DNA from: Octopus sinensis
Taxonomy: Eukaryota
Reading direction: 5' to 3'
DNA length: 64,000 nucleotides
Assembly: GCF_006345805.1 (NCBI RefSeq)
Contig: NC_043013.1
Location: forward strand, 44,454,001 to 44,518,000
Shown here: positions 61,229 to 64,000 of the stretch, in pieces
Position numbering within the stretch: position 1 is the first letter of the stretch
How the letters are laid out: each line of letters opens with the position of its first letter
The notes under the pieces: model-generated
The model's database searches: none
Seen by the model: only the letters and a program-made list of their open reading frames with translations
Told to the model about the DNA's origin: nothing
Translations under genes and position numbers: made by a program

Positions 61229-61630
61229 CCCTTTGGTGTTTAAGTCGGCCCAAATATCCTACATGTTTTACATTCAAACTGACCATATCTGGCCCCTCAC
61301 ACCTAACCTACATTGGCATTCTAAGAATAAACTATCACACCATTGAAACTTCAAAGCTGTAAGATAATGCATGATTAATTCAAAACAATTTGAGGGGAAA
61401 AAAGTATTACATTTAGCAGAGTAACCTGAACACTAAAGGGTTAAACCTGCCAAATATTCTACTTGTTTTATGGCCAGATTCAGCCTTTCACATTTATCCT
61501 GCAATGTCATTCTAAAAACAAACAATTACATCATCGAAATTCCAAAGCTACAAGACAAGCATGATTAATTCAAAACAATTTGAGTGAAAAAAAATATTAC
61601 ATTCAACAGAGTAATCTGAACTCTAAAGGG
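61229..61630. mobile_element. TTAA MITE (61229-61440) followed by a second, left-truncated copy ending at 61630
   Basis: TTAA at 61225-61228, 61441-61444 and 61631-61634; AAAGGG ends. Confidence 0.8.
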
Positions 61631-62075
61631 TTAATAAATTTAAGATTGTCGGTCAACAATAACCCCCACCCTTGTACTCCCTTCAAGAGCAATGAGCCTA
61701 ATTGAAGAAGCAATGATATTACGTAAAAATATATTTAGAACCCAAAAACAATAGAAACATTTGTTGAGAAAGAGCTTTAAACTATTGTTTAGACCAAAGT
61801 TCAAGTGAGCTGAAGTTGTTTTTAAACAAGTCTACATCCGAAATACGTTTACAATCCATCAATTCATTTGCATTTTAATATCATCAACATAAAAGCTTAA
61901 ATCTCCCTTCTTTTATATGTTTATCAATATGTTGTTTATACTTAAAGCAATGGAATGGTTCAATTACATTGCCTTGAGGAATCCCAGGAGTCATAGGTAA
62001 CTTGATAGAAAAAACAAAAAAAAATATTTCTTAACTTAATATACTGCCTATGTTGAAAGAGATAGTTTTTGAATG

Positions 62076-62177
62076 TATGTGTGTGTGTGTATATATATAT
62101 ATATATGTATATTTATGTATATATATATATGTATATATATATGTATGTATGTATGTATGTATATATATGTATGTATG

Positions 62178-62208
<31 letters not shown>

Positions 62209-62398
62209 GTATGTATGTATATGTATGTATGTATATGTATGTATATATATATGTATGTATGTATATATATGTGTATGTATGTATATGTATGTATGTATAT
62301 GTATGTATATGTATGTATGTATATATGTATGTATATATATATATTATGTATGTATATATATATGTATATGTATGTATATATATATATTATGTATGTAT

Positions 62399-62437
<39 letters not shown>

Positions 62438-62600
62438 ATGTATGTATGTATATGTATGTATGTATATATATATGTATATGTATGTATGTGTATATATATA
62501 TATATATATATAATATATATGTATGTATATATATATATGTGTGTGTGTGTGTGTATGTATATATATATGCGTGTATGTATATACATGCTTACACTATACA
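62076..62600. repeat. ~520-bp complex (TA)n/(TATG)n microsatellite
   Basis: Read directly; source of several spurious YIYMYV-type ORFs. Confidence 0.95.
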
Positions 62601-62980
62601 CACACATATGAAACAGGCTAAGAAGCAATAACATTGATAACTCTGGGGAATGTGGATTACAAAAGGGTCTGCACAGTGATAATAACAATCGATGTAGAGA
62701 TATGTACTGAGTGATACTGGTAAACATCTTTGGAGTGGAAAGAGCACACAAAGAATATATTTATACATACATAATTGGTTGCCTTATTCACTGCATCTTA
62801 TTGGATCAGTTCTCTGGTATTGTACAAGATCTTTTTTTTTTCATTTATTTAATCTTAGATACATTGTTTCCCCTCACTCCTCTATTCTTATTCCATTATT
62901 GTCTTTTTTGAATATTATCTTTTGTTACTATCTAATTATTGATCAGCTTACAGATGCTCAGGATACATAACATATATCAT

Positions 62981-63250
62981 CATCATCACCAGCATCATTT
63001 AATGTTCTTTTTCATGCTGTCATGGGTCGGATGGTTTGATCAACTGGTAAGGCCAGGGGCTGCACTAGGCCCCATTGTCTGTTCTGGTATGGTTTCTCTG
63101 GCTAGGTGTCCTTCCTAATGCCAACCACTCCACAGAGTGTACTGGGTGCTTTTTATGTGGCACCAACACCAGTATCAATTGTGCTGTGGCAGACAGGTCT
63201 TCTTGAGAGTATACAGCCTTGTGGACAGCTCATCAGATTCTATACAGAGA
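62981..63250 (-). mobile_element. RTE 3'-end repeat, decayed
   Basis: (CAT)n start and CCTTCCTAATGCCAACCACTCC core. Confidence 0.7.
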
Positions 63251-63277
63251 CAGAGAAATGCTATGGTCCGTTGGTTG

Positions 63278-63308
<31 letters not shown>

Positions 63309-63577
63309 GGTTAGCTGAGTTAGGGGTTAAAATAATTGTCTAAGGGATAGAAGTATCCGTTACACAACCAGTATATTACCTATGCTTAACCAGGGGCATA
63401 CATATATTCAAGCATATTATGCTCACAACTTATAGGTAAAGACAAGGATAAACATGAGTTTATCAAGAATCAAAATTTAAAGACAACAGAAAATGGAGAA
63501 ATATTGATGAACAACAATTGACTTAAATCAATTATTATTTGTTAATTCAATACAAATAGACTGCATCCCATCTAACA

Positions 63578-64000
63578 GCTGTTTGGTTTTGTGCCTGGGA
63601 GAAGCACCACTGATGCTATATTTCTGGTAAGGCAGCAGCAGGAGAAGTATGTAGCCAAAGATAAACCTCTGTACTTGGCTTTTATTGACATGGAGAAAGC
63701 CTTTGATAGGATCCCCAATCCTTTATCTGGTGGTCAATGTGGAAACTAGGGATAGATGAGTGGTTGGTGTGAGCTTTACAAACCACGTACGGGGATGCTG
63801 TCAGTAATGTGAGGGCTGGCAATGTGTATAGTGAATTCATGGTACAACTAGGGTACAACAAGCATCAGTCCTCAGCTACACTCTTGCTCATCATAGTATT
63901 CTAGGCAATAACAGAGGAATTTAAGATGGGCTGCCCCTGGAAACTCCTCTATGCTGATGACCTTGTTCTTAGAGCTGAATCACTACCAGAACTAGAGAAG
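63578..64000 (+). mobile_element. Decayed RTE-clade reverse transcriptase fragment running off the window
   Basis: FGFVPGRSTTDAIFLVRQ..EKY..AFIDMEKAFDR...LLYADDLVL, with frameshifts and stops. Confidence 0.88.

Noticed and set aside
62050-62751. Long ORFs (up to 193 aa) rich in Y/I/M/C/V
   Set aside because: Translations of a (TA)/(TATG) microsatellite; not protein-like. The same applies to 60371-60884.
1-64000. CRISPR arrays, rRNA genes or prokaryotic operons
   Set aside because: None seen; the tandem repeats lack unique spacers and the sequence is eukaryotic intronic DNA.

Overview
AT-rich, repeat-dense eukaryotic DNA, very likely from an Octopus (coleoid cephalopod) genome. The organism is inferred from the tRNA-derived SINE families and RTE LINEs. 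The only host coding sequence I can support is two internal exons of a minus-strand tetraspanin-13/31 gene (24603-24770 and 2741-2959). They are separated by a 21.6-kb intron with U12 (minor spliceosome) signals: donor GTATCCTTT and branch site TTCCTTAAC just upstream of CAG. The first and last coding exons were not found in the window. The rest is intronic or flanking DNA holding a layered transposon record. It includes several SINE families, a 2.9-kb decayed RTE LINE with a 12-bp TSD and three C-terminal C2H2 fingers, and RTE/CR1 fragments. It also includes TTAA- and 8-bp-TSD MITEs, a 326-bp solo-LTR candidate, three long fold-back inverted repeats and Penelope-like relics with decayed minimal hammerhead motifs. 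Nearly all ORFs in the supplied track are microsatellite or SINE artefacts. Repeat boundaries are approximate unless a TSD or TIR is cited.
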